A stretch of 64,000 bases of DNA, taken from Planctomycetota bacterium. GTDB taxonomy: Bacteria; Planctomycetota; E44-bin39. Location of the stretch: contig SOJX01000015.1 in NCBI GenBank assembly GCA_004376375.1, positions 2,324 through 66,323 of the forward strand, given 5' to 3'. How positions within the stretch are numbered: the first letter of the stretch is position 1; each line of letters opens with the position of its first letter. The notes under the pieces were generated by a model. It ran no database searches, was not told the DNA's origin, and saw nothing but the letters and a program-made list of their open reading frames with translations. Below, one piece after another: positions 27,654 through 37,292 of the stretch. A program made the position numbers and the translations under genes.

Positions 27654-29666
27654 TCAAGGTTTTATCGCGATACATGCAATGTAATCGTGAACGACCTCGA
27701 TTGTTTCTTTATTTTTGTTCCTTTGTGCAAGTATCTCAAGGAATCGGTTTTTCAGCTGCTCCCTTTTATCGGGATCGATAGCCTCGTAGAACACCGTTCC
27801 GGCACCCGACTTCAGGAGGTGTTCCAGGACTTCGTCAGGCGTATCGTATCTGAAAGTGATTTCTCCGTCCCAGGTTTCATGGACGTCCAGCCCCGCGGCG
27901 CGCAGCCCGGATCTTACATGGTTCATATCGGGTGGAAAATCAAAGCTGACCTGTTTCAGCATAACCGACGGGTCCAGAGCGATCAGCCCGGCAAAGATTT
28001 CAAGCGGTTCGCGAGGGGAGTTCTCCTTGTGGACAAGAAACGCCAGGCGGCCTGATTCTGTGAGAGAACCTGCGGCTTGAGTAAAAAAAGGCTCAAGAGG
28101 GATATAGCCCAGGACCCAGCTGGAAAAGATTATGTCGAGATTGCTTTTCGAGTTTAGAATATCAAGTGCATCACCATGCACCAGAGAGACATTTTGCAGG
28201 CCTTTCGCGTTGATTCGTTTCTTGGCTTCGCCGAGCATCTCTCTGGAAATATCTGCAGCAAGAATTTCTCCCTGGTTTTCCAGCTTTTTTCCGATGAGGG
28301 CGGTGGCGTAGCCTGTTCCGCAACCGGCTTCAAAGACGGTTTCATTGCCGTTCAGGGAGAGTTTTCCCAATAGCTCGTGTATAGGCCCTGCGGCTTCGGT
28401 GAGCCAGAAATCATCGTAGTATACGTGGATTCCGTCGTAGGCCAAACTCAATTCGTTTGCTCCCGTCACGCCGGTAGCCTGCGAACGGACCTCGAAGAAT
28501 CGGGGGTACTTATGATCCCGCGCAAGATGTGTGGCGCATACTTTTTTTGAAACCTCGGGCGGCGCCGGGACCTCACCTTCCGGTATGCGGTTTGAGAGAA
28601 TCTTACCGACGCAATTACACCTCGGTTTGGAGAAGTGCGCGGCCATGTCGTCGAGTATGCTTCCAAGCGATTGAGACCTGACATTGCCGAATGAAAGCGG
28701 GACAAGGTTGCACGGGCACACTTCCCCGCTCCCGTCAATATACAGGTGAGTAAGCCCCGCGCCGCAACCGAAAGTGCCGGAAGATTCAAGGTATGTAAAC
28801 GAGGAAAGGATCGGCATATCCTCAATTTCAGCCATTTCTTTCTGGTACCGGATAATGAGGTCACGTTCCTTCTTTTTCAGAAGGATATCTTCATGTCCGG
28901 CCAGTTTTCCGGTCGCGCTTGGCTCGAGCAGATGAATTTCAAGCGCGCCGTGGTTCCGGGCGAATTCCATGAACGATATGAAACGGTCGCGTTTCAGGAA
29001 GTCGCGGGTGGCCACGGCGATGACGTAAGGATAAAGTCCGGCGCGCGAGGCCGCGGCTAATGCATCAAGGGCTGTCTCAAATGCTCCCGCTTTTCCGCGG
29101 AGGCGGTCGTGTTCATCGGCGTCTTCCGAGTCGAGGCTGATGCCGGCTGCAAAAAGTCCGGCGTTACGCAGGGCCGCAGCGCGTTCGATGCTCAACCCCG
29201 CGCCGGTAGTATTAAGTCTCAGGCAGGTTCTTTCGTCGAATGTGGCGGCGATTTCTTCGAGGTCTTTTCGGAGGAGCGGTTCTCCGCCAGTGAGCGCGAC
29301 CGTAACGGCTCCCAGGTTCTGCAATTCGCGGATGATCGATTTCAGCGTTTCACCGGGGATGTCTTCCTGGCTCCGGTTTGCATTGTAGCAGTGCCAGCAG
29401 TTGTATTCGCACCTGTTGGTGATGGCGAGCGTTACCGAATACAGTTTCCGTTCTGCAGTTTCTCCAATCTGGTTAAAATGCTCGACCAGGTTGTCGAATG
29501 CTCCGCTCGGGTACGGAGGGAAGTGGGTATTCACCACGTGGCGCCCCTGAAACGGCTGGATTTTCTCACCCGCGAGATAGTCTTTGAAAAATGCCGCGAC
29601 GTCAGGATGCAGTTTTGAAAAAGGAGGTTTTTTTGCAAGCTGGAGAAAGAACTCGTCGCCTCTCAT
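27654..29666 (-). CDS. Radical SAM / SPASM-like domain fused to a class I SAM methyltransferase
   Basis: CEYNCWHC (CX3CX2C). An auxiliary Cys cluster FGCGAG..GEVCPCNL..PRCNC. C-terminal motif I VFEAGCGTGYAT. RBS GGAAGGAA. Confidence 0.85.
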   Translation of the reverse strand: MRGDEFFLQLAKKPPFSKLHPDVAAFFKDYLAGEKIQPFQGRHVVNTHFPPYPSGAFDNLVEHFNQIGETAERKLYSVTLAITNRCEYNCWHCYNANRSQEDIPGETLKSIIRELQNLGAVTVALTGGEPLLRKDLEEIAATFDERTCLRLNTTGAGLSIERAAALRNAGLFAAGISLDSEDADEHDRLRGKAGAFETALDALAAASRAGLYPYVIAVATRDFLKRDRFISFMEFARNHGALEIHLLEPSATGKLAGHEDILLKKKERDLIIRYQKEMAEIEDMPILSSFTYLESSGTFGCGAGLTHLYIDGSGEVCPCNLVPLSFGNVRSQSLGSILDDMAAHFSKPRCNCVGKILSNRIPEGEVPAPPEVSKKVCATHLARDHKYPRFFEVRSQATGVTGANELSLAYDGIHVYYDDFWLTEAAGPIHELLGKLSLNGNETVFEAGCGTGYATALIGKKLENQGEILAADISREMLGEAKKRINAKGLQNVSLVHGDALDILNSKSNLDIIFSSWVLGYIPLEPFFTQAAGSLTESGRLAFLVHKENSPREPLEIFAGLIALDPSVMLKQVSFDFPPDMNHVRSGLRAAGLDVHETWDGEITFRYDTPDEVLEHLLKSGAGTVFYEAIDPDKREQLKNRFLEILAQRNKNKETIEVVHDYIACIAIKP

Positions 29667-29690
29667 GGGTGTTCCTTCCAGGTGTGCGGT

Positions 29691-30149
29691 TCAGAACATA
29701 TGCTCGAAATGACTGGGGTCGTTGGCGGAGTCATCCACCTCGGTCCAGTTGGATTCGGCATCATGCGTTTGCCTCAGGTTCAGGTGATCGCGGCCGATAA
29801 GTCTGAAGAAGAGCGCAACCGGCGAAATGATTATGTAATAGAAAACTGAAAACAGGATTCTGCTCATGATCCAGCCCAGCATGGATGCGAAAAACATCCA
29901 GCCGCGGTAAAACGGCTTCATTGCAGGGGGATAGGCGAGAGCCGGCAGCCCGATTACGATTGCAGGTATCCAGAGCCACGTTATCCAGCTTTCAGGCGCG
30001 CGCCAGAATGCTATACACGCGATGATGCCGAGGATCACGATGAACGAACCGCCGAAGATGCGGATGTCTTTATGCAATCTGGCGATCGGGTCAACGCGCA
30101 CGTCTTCGAGTCTTGCTATTCTCGGGTCAATCGGCGATGCTTTAGGCAT
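29691..30149 (-). CDS. SxtJ-family membrane protein
   Basis: Three or four TM helices and ..SPVALFFRLIGRDHLNL.. typical of SxtJ-like proteins. GGAGG RBS 17 nt after the carbamoyltransferase stop. Confidence 0.7.
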   Translation of the reverse strand: MPKASPIDPRIARLEDVRVDPIARLHKDIRIFGGSFIVILGIIACIAFWRAPESWITWLWIPAIVIGLPALAYPPAMKPFYRGWMFFASMLGWIMSRILFSVFYYIIISPVALFFRLIGRDHLNLRQTHDAESNWTEVDDSANDPSHFEHMF

Positions 30150-30166
30150 TATGCCTCCGGTACTCG

Positions 30167-31987
30167 TTAATCAAGTTCGAAAACCTTCCGCCAGTCTTTT
30201 TCCTCTTTCAGTTCAGGCTGCTTTGTCTTGTCGAGCAGACAGTTCTCGAGCACAAGGTAATCCATCTCAGTCCGCATGAAGCATAAGTACGCGTCCTGCG
30301 GCGTGCAGACTATCGGCTCGCCGCGGACGTTGAAAGAGGTGTTTATGATAACGGGGCATCCGGTCTTGTCCTCGAAAGCCTTGATTATCTTATGGTAAAG
30401 CGGATTCACATCTTTGTTCACCGACTGTATCCGCGCCGAGTAATCTACGTGCGTGATGGCCGGTACTTCGGAGCGCATCACGTTCAGTTTGTCGAGACCG
30501 AAGTGATTTTTTTCTTCAGCTGTCATCTCGCGCTGCTTTTCCTTCTTTACCTGGGCAACGAGGAGCATGTACGGGCTCGGCCGGTCGGTTTCGAACCAGT
30601 CGGAGATCTTTTCCTCAAGGACCGTCGGCGCAAAGGGCCTGAACGATTCACGGTATTTTATCTTCAGGTTCATCGTTTTCTGCATATTCGAGCTACGGGC
30701 GTCGCCGATGATTGAGCGAGAGCCGAGCGCGCGTGGCCCGAACTCCATCCGCCCCTGCGCAAGTCCGATGACTTTTTCATCCGCGATAAGCTCTGCAACA
30801 CGGCCGGGAAGCTCTTTACGCGGTACGATTTTATAAGGCGCGTTGCGCTCTTTCAGGAACTTTTCGATTTCCTCTGATGAAAACTTCGGTCCCAGGTAGG
30901 AGCCCTTCTGTTTGTCGTTTGTATTATCGGCCTCGCGGGGATTATTTAAGTACTGGTACCAGCATGCAAGGGCGGCACCAAGCGCACCACCCGCATCGCC
31001 TGCGGCGGGCTGAATCCATATGTCGTCGAAGATGTTTTCGCGAAGAATTTTTCCGTTAGCGACGCAGTTCAGCGCGACTCCGCCTGCGAGACACAGGTAA
31101 TTCTTGCCTGTCTGCTCTTTCGCCCGGCGGGCAAGCTTGAGCATGATTTCCTCGCAGACTTCCTGCACGCTGCGTGCGAGGTCCATCTCGCGTTGGGTAA
31201 GCTCGGACTCGGGTTTGCGGGGCGGGCCGCCGAAAAGTCTTGCGAACCGACCGTTCGTCATCGTAAGGCCCTGGCAGTAGTTGAAATATTTCATGTTCAT
31301 GCGGAACGAGCCGTCATCGTGAATCTTTATAAGGTGTTTTTTGATCAGGCCAACGTATGTCGGTTTGCCGTAGGGCGCAAGGCCCATCACTTTGTACTCG
31401 CCCGAGTTCACCCTGAAACCGGTGTAATACGTGAACGCTGTGTAAAGCATACCGAGCGAGTGGGGGAAGCGAATTTCGTTCAGCAGTTTTATGCTGTTGC
31501 CTTCGCCGACGCCGATAGATGTCGTTGTCCATTCGCCGACGCCGTCAATTGTGATTATCGCCGCTTTCTCGAAGGGGGAGGGGAAGAAGGCACTTGCCGC
31601 ATGAGATTCGTGGTGGCGTGCGTAAAGGAGTTTGCCTTCATAGCCAAGGCCTTTGTGGATTTCGTCTTCCGTCCACAGTTTCTGCCCGAGCCAGGCCGGC
31701 ATCGAGGTGAGAAACGATTGAATGCCTGAAGGTGCAAACGCAAAATATGTTTCAAGCAAACGAACGAACTTCTGGAGCGGCTTGTCGTAGAAAACAACGT
31801 GGTCGAGTTCGTTTGCGGTAATTCCCGCTTCCTTCAGGCAATACCCGGCCGCGTTTTTCGGGAACGACGGGTCATGTTTTTTGCGGGTAAAACGCTCCTC
31901 CTGCACGGCCGCCAAGATATCCCCGTCTCGGACAAGCGCAGCCGCCGAGTCGTGGTAGAAGCAGGATATACCGAGGATGTTGGTCAT
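30167..31987 (-). CDS. Carbamoyltransferase (NodU/CmcH family)
   Basis: ILGISCFYHDSAAALVRDGDILAAVQEERFTRKKHD at the N-terminus, and a length of about 600 aa. Confidence 0.9.
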   Translation of the reverse strand: MTNILGISCFYHDSAAALVRDGDILAAVQEERFTRKKHDPSFPKNAAGYCLKEAGITANELDHVVFYDKPLQKFVRLLETYFAFAPSGIQSFLTSMPAWLGQKLWTEDEIHKGLGYEGKLLYARHHESHAASAFFPSPFEKAAIITIDGVGEWTTTSIGVGEGNSIKLLNEIRFPHSLGMLYTAFTYYTGFRVNSGEYKVMGLAPYGKPTYVGLIKKHLIKIHDDGSFRMNMKYFNYCQGLTMTNGRFARLFGGPPRKPESELTQREMDLARSVQEVCEEIMLKLARRAKEQTGKNYLCLAGGVALNCVANGKILRENIFDDIWIQPAAGDAGGALGAALACWYQYLNNPREADNTNDKQKGSYLGPKFSSEEIEKFLKERNAPYKIVPRKELPGRVAELIADEKVIGLAQGRMEFGPRALGSRSIIGDARSSNMQKTMNLKIKYRESFRPFAPTVLEEKISDWFETDRPSPYMLLVAQVKKEKQREMTAEEKNHFGLDKLNVMRSEVPAITHVDYSARIQSVNKDVNPLYHKIIKAFEDKTGCPVIINTSFNVRGEPIVCTPQDAYLCFMRTEMDYLVLENCLLDKTKQPELKEEKDWRKVFELD

Positions 31988-32084
31988 TTAGTCTTTAATG
32001 GTTAGTTGTTAGTCGTTAGTCTTTGGTAATCAGCTTGCTCGATTGCCAAATGTTAATTCACTTCGAGAATACTTCACGAATAAA

Positions 32085-32441
32085 TCAACAAGTCAGGTGC
32101 AGTCCGGCTGCGACGTTTTTTGATTCCGAAAGTTCGTTATAACGGTCACATGCTTCTCGGGTCGGCAGGTCGATGAGTTCAATCCCCTTTTCTGAAATCC
32201 ACTGTCTGGTTTTGTCCGGAACTTTCAGAATACCGGAAGCACCACAACCAACAATGAGTACTTCAGGTTTAACAGCTGTCACCGCGTTAAGATCCTCCGG
32301 GTGCAGGCTGTGCCCTTCCTTGCGCCACCAGTTGGCTGCCACACCTTCGGGTGTGATAATAACGTCGCTCGTATACGTCTTCCTGTCTATCGTTATCCTG
32401 CCGAATTCATAAGAGTCTATTCGCGGTATTGCCAGGTTCAT
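32085..32441 (-). CDS. Mth938-like (DUF498) domain protein
   Basis: EVLIVGCGASG..IELIDLPTREACDRYNEL matches the Mth938 fold signature. GGAG RBS 16 nt after the upstream stop. Confidence 0.7.
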   Translation of the reverse strand: MNLAIPRIDSYEFGRITIDRKTYTSDVIITPEGVAANWWRKEGHSLHPEDLNAVTAVKPEVLIVGCGASGILKVPDKTRQWISEKGIELIDLPTREACDRYNELSESKNVAAGLHLTC

Positions 32442-32457
32442 ACTTTATCTCAACTCC

Positions 32458-34152
32458 TTATTCCTGCTTTTTTGGTGCGAGGCTTTCCTTGTTTTCGGCA
32501 AACCAGTTTTCAGCCTTTTCAAGCGCAGCGTAATAGTCGCCTTCGGCCTGGCCGGGTTTCAGGCCGAAAGATTGACGGGAAATGGAATCGAGTTTGCGGC
32601 AGTATAACCCGAAAGCGGGGTTGGACTTCTGATCATCGATCTGGACAACTTTGACGGCCTCGAGAATCATTTCAAACGCCCGGCCCTGATTGAGCCTGTC
32701 AAGCTTGAGCAGGGCTGCAGCTTTCAGTGCGGGTCGTGAAGACGATCTGGCAAGTCTGATAACCGTTTCGGATGCAGTTTCGCGGTTCTTCTTAACTGCG
32801 CCCTGAATAAGCATTTCGAGCGCTTCGATACGGACTTCGACATCAGGCATGACGTCGTTTTTTGTATACATGGCCACTTTCGCGCGCGGTTTTACTGGTG
32901 TGCCTTCTGCATCAGTCTCGGCAACTGCCACAAGTGCTGTGAATATCTTATCTTGGAATTCTTCGCGCATGTCCTTGTCTTCAATTTTCCGCTGGTTTGC
33001 TTTTGTAAATTTTATTGCTGAGAAACGCACGCGAGGGTCGGTTGCCGATTGCATGGCGGTTGCGATTCCCTCTAAAAGGTGGTTTGGCTTAGGGTTAATG
33101 AATCTAGCGCTTTCGATGACCGCAACCTGAACCTCGGGCGCGGGGTCACTGGAAAGGAGTTCGACAATATCGCGACTCGTTTCCTGAGTTACATATTGGG
33201 CGAGTTTTTTCACAACTTCAGCACGGAACGCAGGTTCGGTATCACTGAGTCCGCCTTGAAGGGCTTTGAAAGTTGTTTTCTTATCCAGTTTCAGGCTTTC
33301 GAGGGCTTTTATCGCATCTTTCTTGACTTCTCTGACAGTATCGTTCGATATTCGGTCAGCCAGTAAATTTACCAGTTCGGTCGTGTCCTTTTTTTCTATA
33401 TGTCCAAACACAGCCATGAGTTCGAGCACTCTGAAAGAGTCGCCGCGATGCCGGTCAGAGCCGGAGCCGGCAAGTTCCATTATTCTCGGGACAACGTCCT
33501 TGCCCTTTATTGCGAGCGCGTAAACCGTTTCCTCCTTTGGAGTTTCGTCATTCTTGAAAGCGGCGAACAGGTCTTCCGGCGACTGGTCGAGCAGTTTGCG
33601 GGTTGCGGCCCAGTTTTTTTGCGGTACCTTGTATCGGAAGCGGGCATAAGGGTCGGTTTTACGGGGAGTTGTGCGAACAGATGAATCCCTTTTTCCTGCC
33701 GAGCGTTTTGACTGGCCCTTTCTGCTTGTGCGGGAAGAAGTTCTGCCTTTTTTCCTCTGCTTTGTTTTGGGTTTTGACGCATCTGCTTTGGGTTGCGGCG
33801 CTTGTGCCGTTTTTTTGGGAGGCAGGTTCACGAAATATACGGCCAGGGCGATGATGGCAGCGGCGGAAATCACTCCCGCGGCGAGTGGAACTGCTTTCCC
33901 GGCAAGGAATAAGGCGATTTTCGAGCCAATGCTGCCCCGGAATCCGGCAAAGGCTTTCTGTTTCAGATCCGCCGGCGGATTTTCAAAGCCGGCCTGCTCG
34001 GCGAGGCGCATATCTTCAAGCGTACAAAGCTCTTCGAACAATTCGGGATCTTTCGCAACTTCGGCGAGAATTTTCTCTTTTTCCTCTTCCGGGAGTTTCC
34101 CGTCCTTGAAAGCGGCGAGCTTTTCCGCCGTGACATCCGGTTTCTTTTCCAT
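32458..34152 (-). CDS. Single-pass membrane protein with HEAT-like repeats (anti-sigma-like N-terminus, tentative)
   Basis: Helical N-terminal region of about 60 aa, TM IALFLAGKAVPLAAGVISAAAIIALAVYFV, a K/R-rich linker and repetitive helical HEAT-like units. Confidence 0.65.
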   Translation of the reverse strand: MEKKPDVTAEKLAAFKDGKLPEEEKEKILAEVAKDPELFEELCTLEDMRLAEQAGFENPPADLKQKAFAGFRGSIGSKIALFLAGKAVPLAAGVISAAAIIALAVYFVNLPPKKTAQAPQPKADASKPKTKQRKKGRTSSRTSRKGQSKRSAGKRDSSVRTTPRKTDPYARFRYKVPQKNWAATRKLLDQSPEDLFAAFKNDETPKEETVYALAIKGKDVVPRIMELAGSGSDRHRGDSFRVLELMAVFGHIEKKDTTELVNLLADRISNDTVREVKKDAIKALESLKLDKKTTFKALQGGLSDTEPAFRAEVVKKLAQYVTQETSRDIVELLSSDPAPEVQVAVIESARFINPKPNHLLEGIATAMQSATDPRVRFSAIKFTKANQRKIEDKDMREEFQDKIFTALVAVAETDAEGTPVKPRAKVAMYTKNDVMPDVEVRIEALEMLIQGAVKKNRETASETVIRLARSSSRPALKAAALLKLDRLNQGRAFEMILEAVKVVQIDDQKSNPAFGLYCRKLDSISRQSFGLKPGQAEGDYYAALEKAENWFAENKESLAPKKQE

Positions 34153-34174
34153 CTCCCGGTCTCCCGAATATTAT

Positions 34175-34251
34175 AAGGTTGAAAAGTTCGAAGGTTCAAA
34201 AGTTCAAAAGTTATAACCTTCGAACCTTCAAACCTTTGAACCTTTGAACTT
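34175..34251. repeat. Near-inverted word arrays (AAGGTTCAAAAGTT.. / ..AACCTTTGAACCTT)
   Basis: aaggttgaaaagttcgaaggttcaaaagttcaaaagtt ataa ccttcgaaccttcaaacctttgaacctttgaactt. The two halves are roughly complementary. Confidence 0.85.
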
Positions 34252-34380
34252 GCTTCTGTGGTATTTCGTCTTAAGGTGAAAGCTGATAGCTTTTTCGCGT
34301 TCTCATCAAAACGCAGTCAACTTGAGCTATTTATATAGATGAAATCTGGCGCCGGAATCGTACGTTAAAATAAGAAAAAG

Positions 34381-34442
34381 TTTCGAGTTCCGAGTACCGA
34401 GTACCGAGTCAAGAAATCCGAAACTCGAAACTCGAAACTCGA
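34381..34442. repeat. Word arrays (GAGTACC / GAAACTC units)
   Basis: tttcgagttccgagtaccgagtaccgagtc aagaaatcc gaaactcgaaactcgaaactcga. Confidence 0.85.
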
Positions 34443-34976
34443 TACTTCTTTGTGTAAAAGTTTTGTAATATTTTGCGGAAAATTCCCACTTTTTTCGTCC
34501 CGATAAGGCCAACAAACACCCATTGCAGGCCAACAAACGGGTGCTAAAGTGCCGCAATCGGGTGGTATCAGTTGCGAAAGGACGTATACCGTCACTTTTT
34601 TGTGACAGTTTTTCTGGTTTTGTAACGCGGAAATTTTTCGGCATGATTTTTGTCGGGAATTAAAAGTTTAAAGTGTAATCTGAGTTTACATCAACTCTTC
34701 GGACTTTTGTCTTTCGGCTTTTGACTTTAAACATGATTTTCCGATTTTCGGTTGTCGATTGGAATGGAGGTTTGCAGGTGAGCAGGTTTGTAGGTTCGTA
34801 GAAAAGAATTATGAATTCAGAATTATGAGGATGAATTGTTAGCCGCGCCGCTTGCGGCGCGTTTTAAATTTTCGATTTTCGATTGCGGACTGATAAATGC
34901 TGATAGATTTCCCTTGCTTGAGAAAAAATAGAGAATTATAATCAATTGAATGATATCCTGCTGAAAGGAAGTAATC

Positions 34977-36320
34977 ATGATTGGCTTTATTATATTTATT
35001 GTTGTTGTAATGGGAATAGCTGGAGTCGTTTCATATTTTTATTTGCAGAAAAAGGAACAGGCAAGTATCAGGGAAATAAAGGACTACCTTATTAAGAGAA
35101 TTACGGATGGCAGGGAAATAAATTACAATCATGCCAGTAATCTTTTTCAAACATCCGAAAAAAAGATTTATAAGGCTGCGAAAAATGTTTTTACAGATTA
35201 TTACAGAAAATATATATCGGACGGCATCATCACAGATAAAGAAGAGAAAAACCTTGGAGTCCTAATTGAAAGGCTTGGATTGGACTCACGTGACGTTAAT
35301 ATGATTTATGACATAGAAGGAAAAAGCAAACTTCGAAATGTATTAAAGGAGAAGATAAAAGACGGTGAATTGGATGAAGGTGAAATTGCCGAGCTGGATA
35401 TGTTAAGGAAAGAACTTGGATTCTCTAAAGGGGAGGCAACAGATGCGTTAAGAAAAGACTTGAAGATATTTATGAAAGCTAAATTCAGTGAAGCTGCCGC
35501 TGATCTTGATATAACGGATGATGAGATCCTCGAAATTGATAATATTGCGGCCAAAATGGGAATCCCAGTTAGTGAAGCAAGGCAAGAATTGAAGAAGGAT
35601 GTAATTGGGGTTGTCAGGAAGCGAATCGCCTTTTGCTTTGAAGACCAAGAAATATATAAAGATGAAGCAGAAGACCTTTCAAAAATTATGAAGTTATTTG
35701 GAGTTTCAGGAAAGCAATTAGAAAAGTTCGGAAGTGATATCAGATATCTGCTAGATCTAACGAATATTAAGAAGGGAAATCTTCCGCGTGTATCCGCCTC
35801 AAGGATGCTTTCGGCCCATGAAGTATGTCATCTGGATTGCCAATGTATACACACTACATTGGGATATGCTACGGAAAACACTTATCGCGGTACATTGCTT
35901 GTCACTAACAAAAGAGTTCTTTTCGACAGCGCTGAAAGAGGTTTCGATTTCAAGTTGCAGAATATTCTAGATGTTTCTACGATCCGTAAAGATGTCTTTA
36001 TTAGCCTTAAGCGAATACTGGGAAATGGATTTTACCGAGTTAGCGACCAGGCCAGATTTGTCGCGATCATTCTTGGAGCATGTCTAAAGGCAAACTGGCA
36101 CAGGGGTTCAGGATTCTCTTCTGAAAGATCCAGACATATTCCTCAACACGTCAAAACAGAAGTTTGGTCAAGGGGTAACGGTGCCTGTGTTTATTGCGGC
36201 GCCAATGATTATCTTCATTTTGATCATATAATTCCATTTTCAAAAGGCGGCTCGAATACTGCCGAGAATATTCAAATTTTATGCGCAAAATGCAACCTTG
36301 AAAAAAGTGACAGAATTTGA
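34977..36320 (+). CDS. Membrane-anchored protein: four TerB-like helical repeats + bacterial PH-like domain + C-terminal HNH nuclease
   Basis: N-terminal TM. Repeats of about 45 aa (DGIITDKEEKNLGVLIERLGL, DGELDEGEIAELDMLRKELGF, DLDITDDEILEIDNIAAKMGI, DQEIYKDEAEDLSKIMKLFGV). GTLLVTNKRVLFDS (bPH-like). CVYCG..HFDHIIPFSKGGSNTAENIQILCAKCNLEKSD (HNH). AT-rich. Confidence 0.75.
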   Translation: MIGFIIFIVVVMGIAGVVSYFYLQKKEQASIREIKDYLIKRITDGREINYNHASNLFQTSEKKIYKAAKNVFTDYYRKYISDGIITDKEEKNLGVLIERLGLDSRDVNMIYDIEGKSKLRNVLKEKIKDGELDEGEIAELDMLRKELGFSKGEATDALRKDLKIFMKAKFSEAAADLDITDDEILEIDNIAAKMGIPVSEARQELKKDVIGVVRKRIAFCFEDQEIYKDEAEDLSKIMKLFGVSGKQLEKFGSDIRYLLDLTNIKKGNLPRVSASRMLSAHEVCHLDCQCIHTTLGYATENTYRGTLLVTNKRVLFDSAERGFDFKLQNILDVSTIRKDVFISLKRILGNGFYRVSDQARFVAIILGACLKANWHRGSGFSSERSRHIPQHVKTEVWSRGNGACVYCGANDYLHFDHIIPFSKGGSNTAENIQILCAKCNLEKSDRI

Positions 36321-36489
36321 GGCTATTCGGAATCAAACAATCGGAGAAAAATATAAAGAATATTTTGCCCGCTGGAATTGATGTGAGCAGGTTTTGATAA
36401 ATTGGTGAATGTCCCTGTTTATACAGAGATCCCTTAATAAACGTGTTGAGTTTATCGTTTGTATGTTAGTCGAGAGGAATCTGAATTAA

Positions 36490-37236
36490 ATGAAGCAGAG
36501 AATATACAGGTTGCTGGAATTACAGGAAGGCTTTTGGGGAAAGGCGATTCAGTGGTTCGTAACGGTTGCAATTCTTCTCAGCGCACTAACATTTATTTTG
36601 GAAACGGTGCCAAAATTTAAGGACTATAAATCCTTCTTTCGATGTTCTGAATTTGTTTTTATCGGGCTTTTTACTATTGAGTATTTGCTTCGGCTTTATT
36701 CTCAACCAAAACGGGCAAAATGGGCATTAACAAATCCTTTCGCTATTATTGATTTCTTCGCGATAGTTCCGTTTTATATCGAATTGCTGTTACCTTTTTT
36801 CGTAGATGCACGGATGCTCAGGTTGCTCAGATTAATCCGTGTTGTGGCTCGTATTCTGAGAGTCGGCAGGCATCGTGATACGATTGATGTGTTGGTTGGC
36901 GTAATTAGAAAGACATGGAAAGAGCTCACAACTGGCATAATATTAGCCGTTATCGTCGCCCTTATTGCTTCAACCGGTATTTATTACGCAGAATATGTAT
37001 TTATTGAGGATGATATAATCAGAAATGATAATTTTTCTGATATGGCAAAATGTCTTTGGTGGTCCGTTGTTACGCTTACGACTGTCGGTTATGGTGATGT
37101 ATATCCAACGACAATATTGGGGAAAATTTTTGCTACTTTTGTCATGCTTGGTGGGATTGCCATGATTGCATTGCCTTCCGGGCTAATTGCAGGCGCATTT
37201 ATTGAAGAAATCCGTGAGAGAAGTGGGAAAAGATAA
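36490..37236 (+). CDS. Voltage-sensor-containing K+ channel (Kv-like)
   Basis: S4-like RMLRLLRLIRVVARILRVGRHR and selectivity filter TLTTVGYGD. Confidence 0.85.
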   Translation: MKQRIYRLLELQEGFWGKAIQWFVTVAILLSALTFILETVPKFKDYKSFFRCSEFVFIGLFTIEYLLRLYSQPKRAKWALTNPFAIIDFFAIVPFYIELLLPFFVDARMLRLLRLIRVVARILRVGRHRDTIDVLVGVIRKTWKELTTGIILAVIVALIASTGIYYAEYVFIEDDIIRNDNFSDMAKCLWWSVVTLTTVGYGDVYPTTILGKIFATFVMLGGIAMIALPSGLIAGAFIEEIRERSGKR

Positions 37237-37292
37237 ATGAAAAACAGAGATAGTCACCTATTTTTCAGTCCCTGTTTTTCATCAACGCGGTT

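Noticed and set aside
27654-29666. RiPP cluster (radical SAM/SPASM with a precursor peptide).
   Set aside because: No short Cys- or Gly-rich precursor-like ORF was seen next to it. The only small ORF is a hydrophobic membrane peptide of a type linked to SxtJ and carbamoyltransferase genes. The idea is left open but not claimed.
34175-34251. tRNA-like TTCGAA strings.
   Set aside because: They are part of the GGTTCAAAAGTT / CCTTCGAACC word arrays. No cloverleaf can be drawn.
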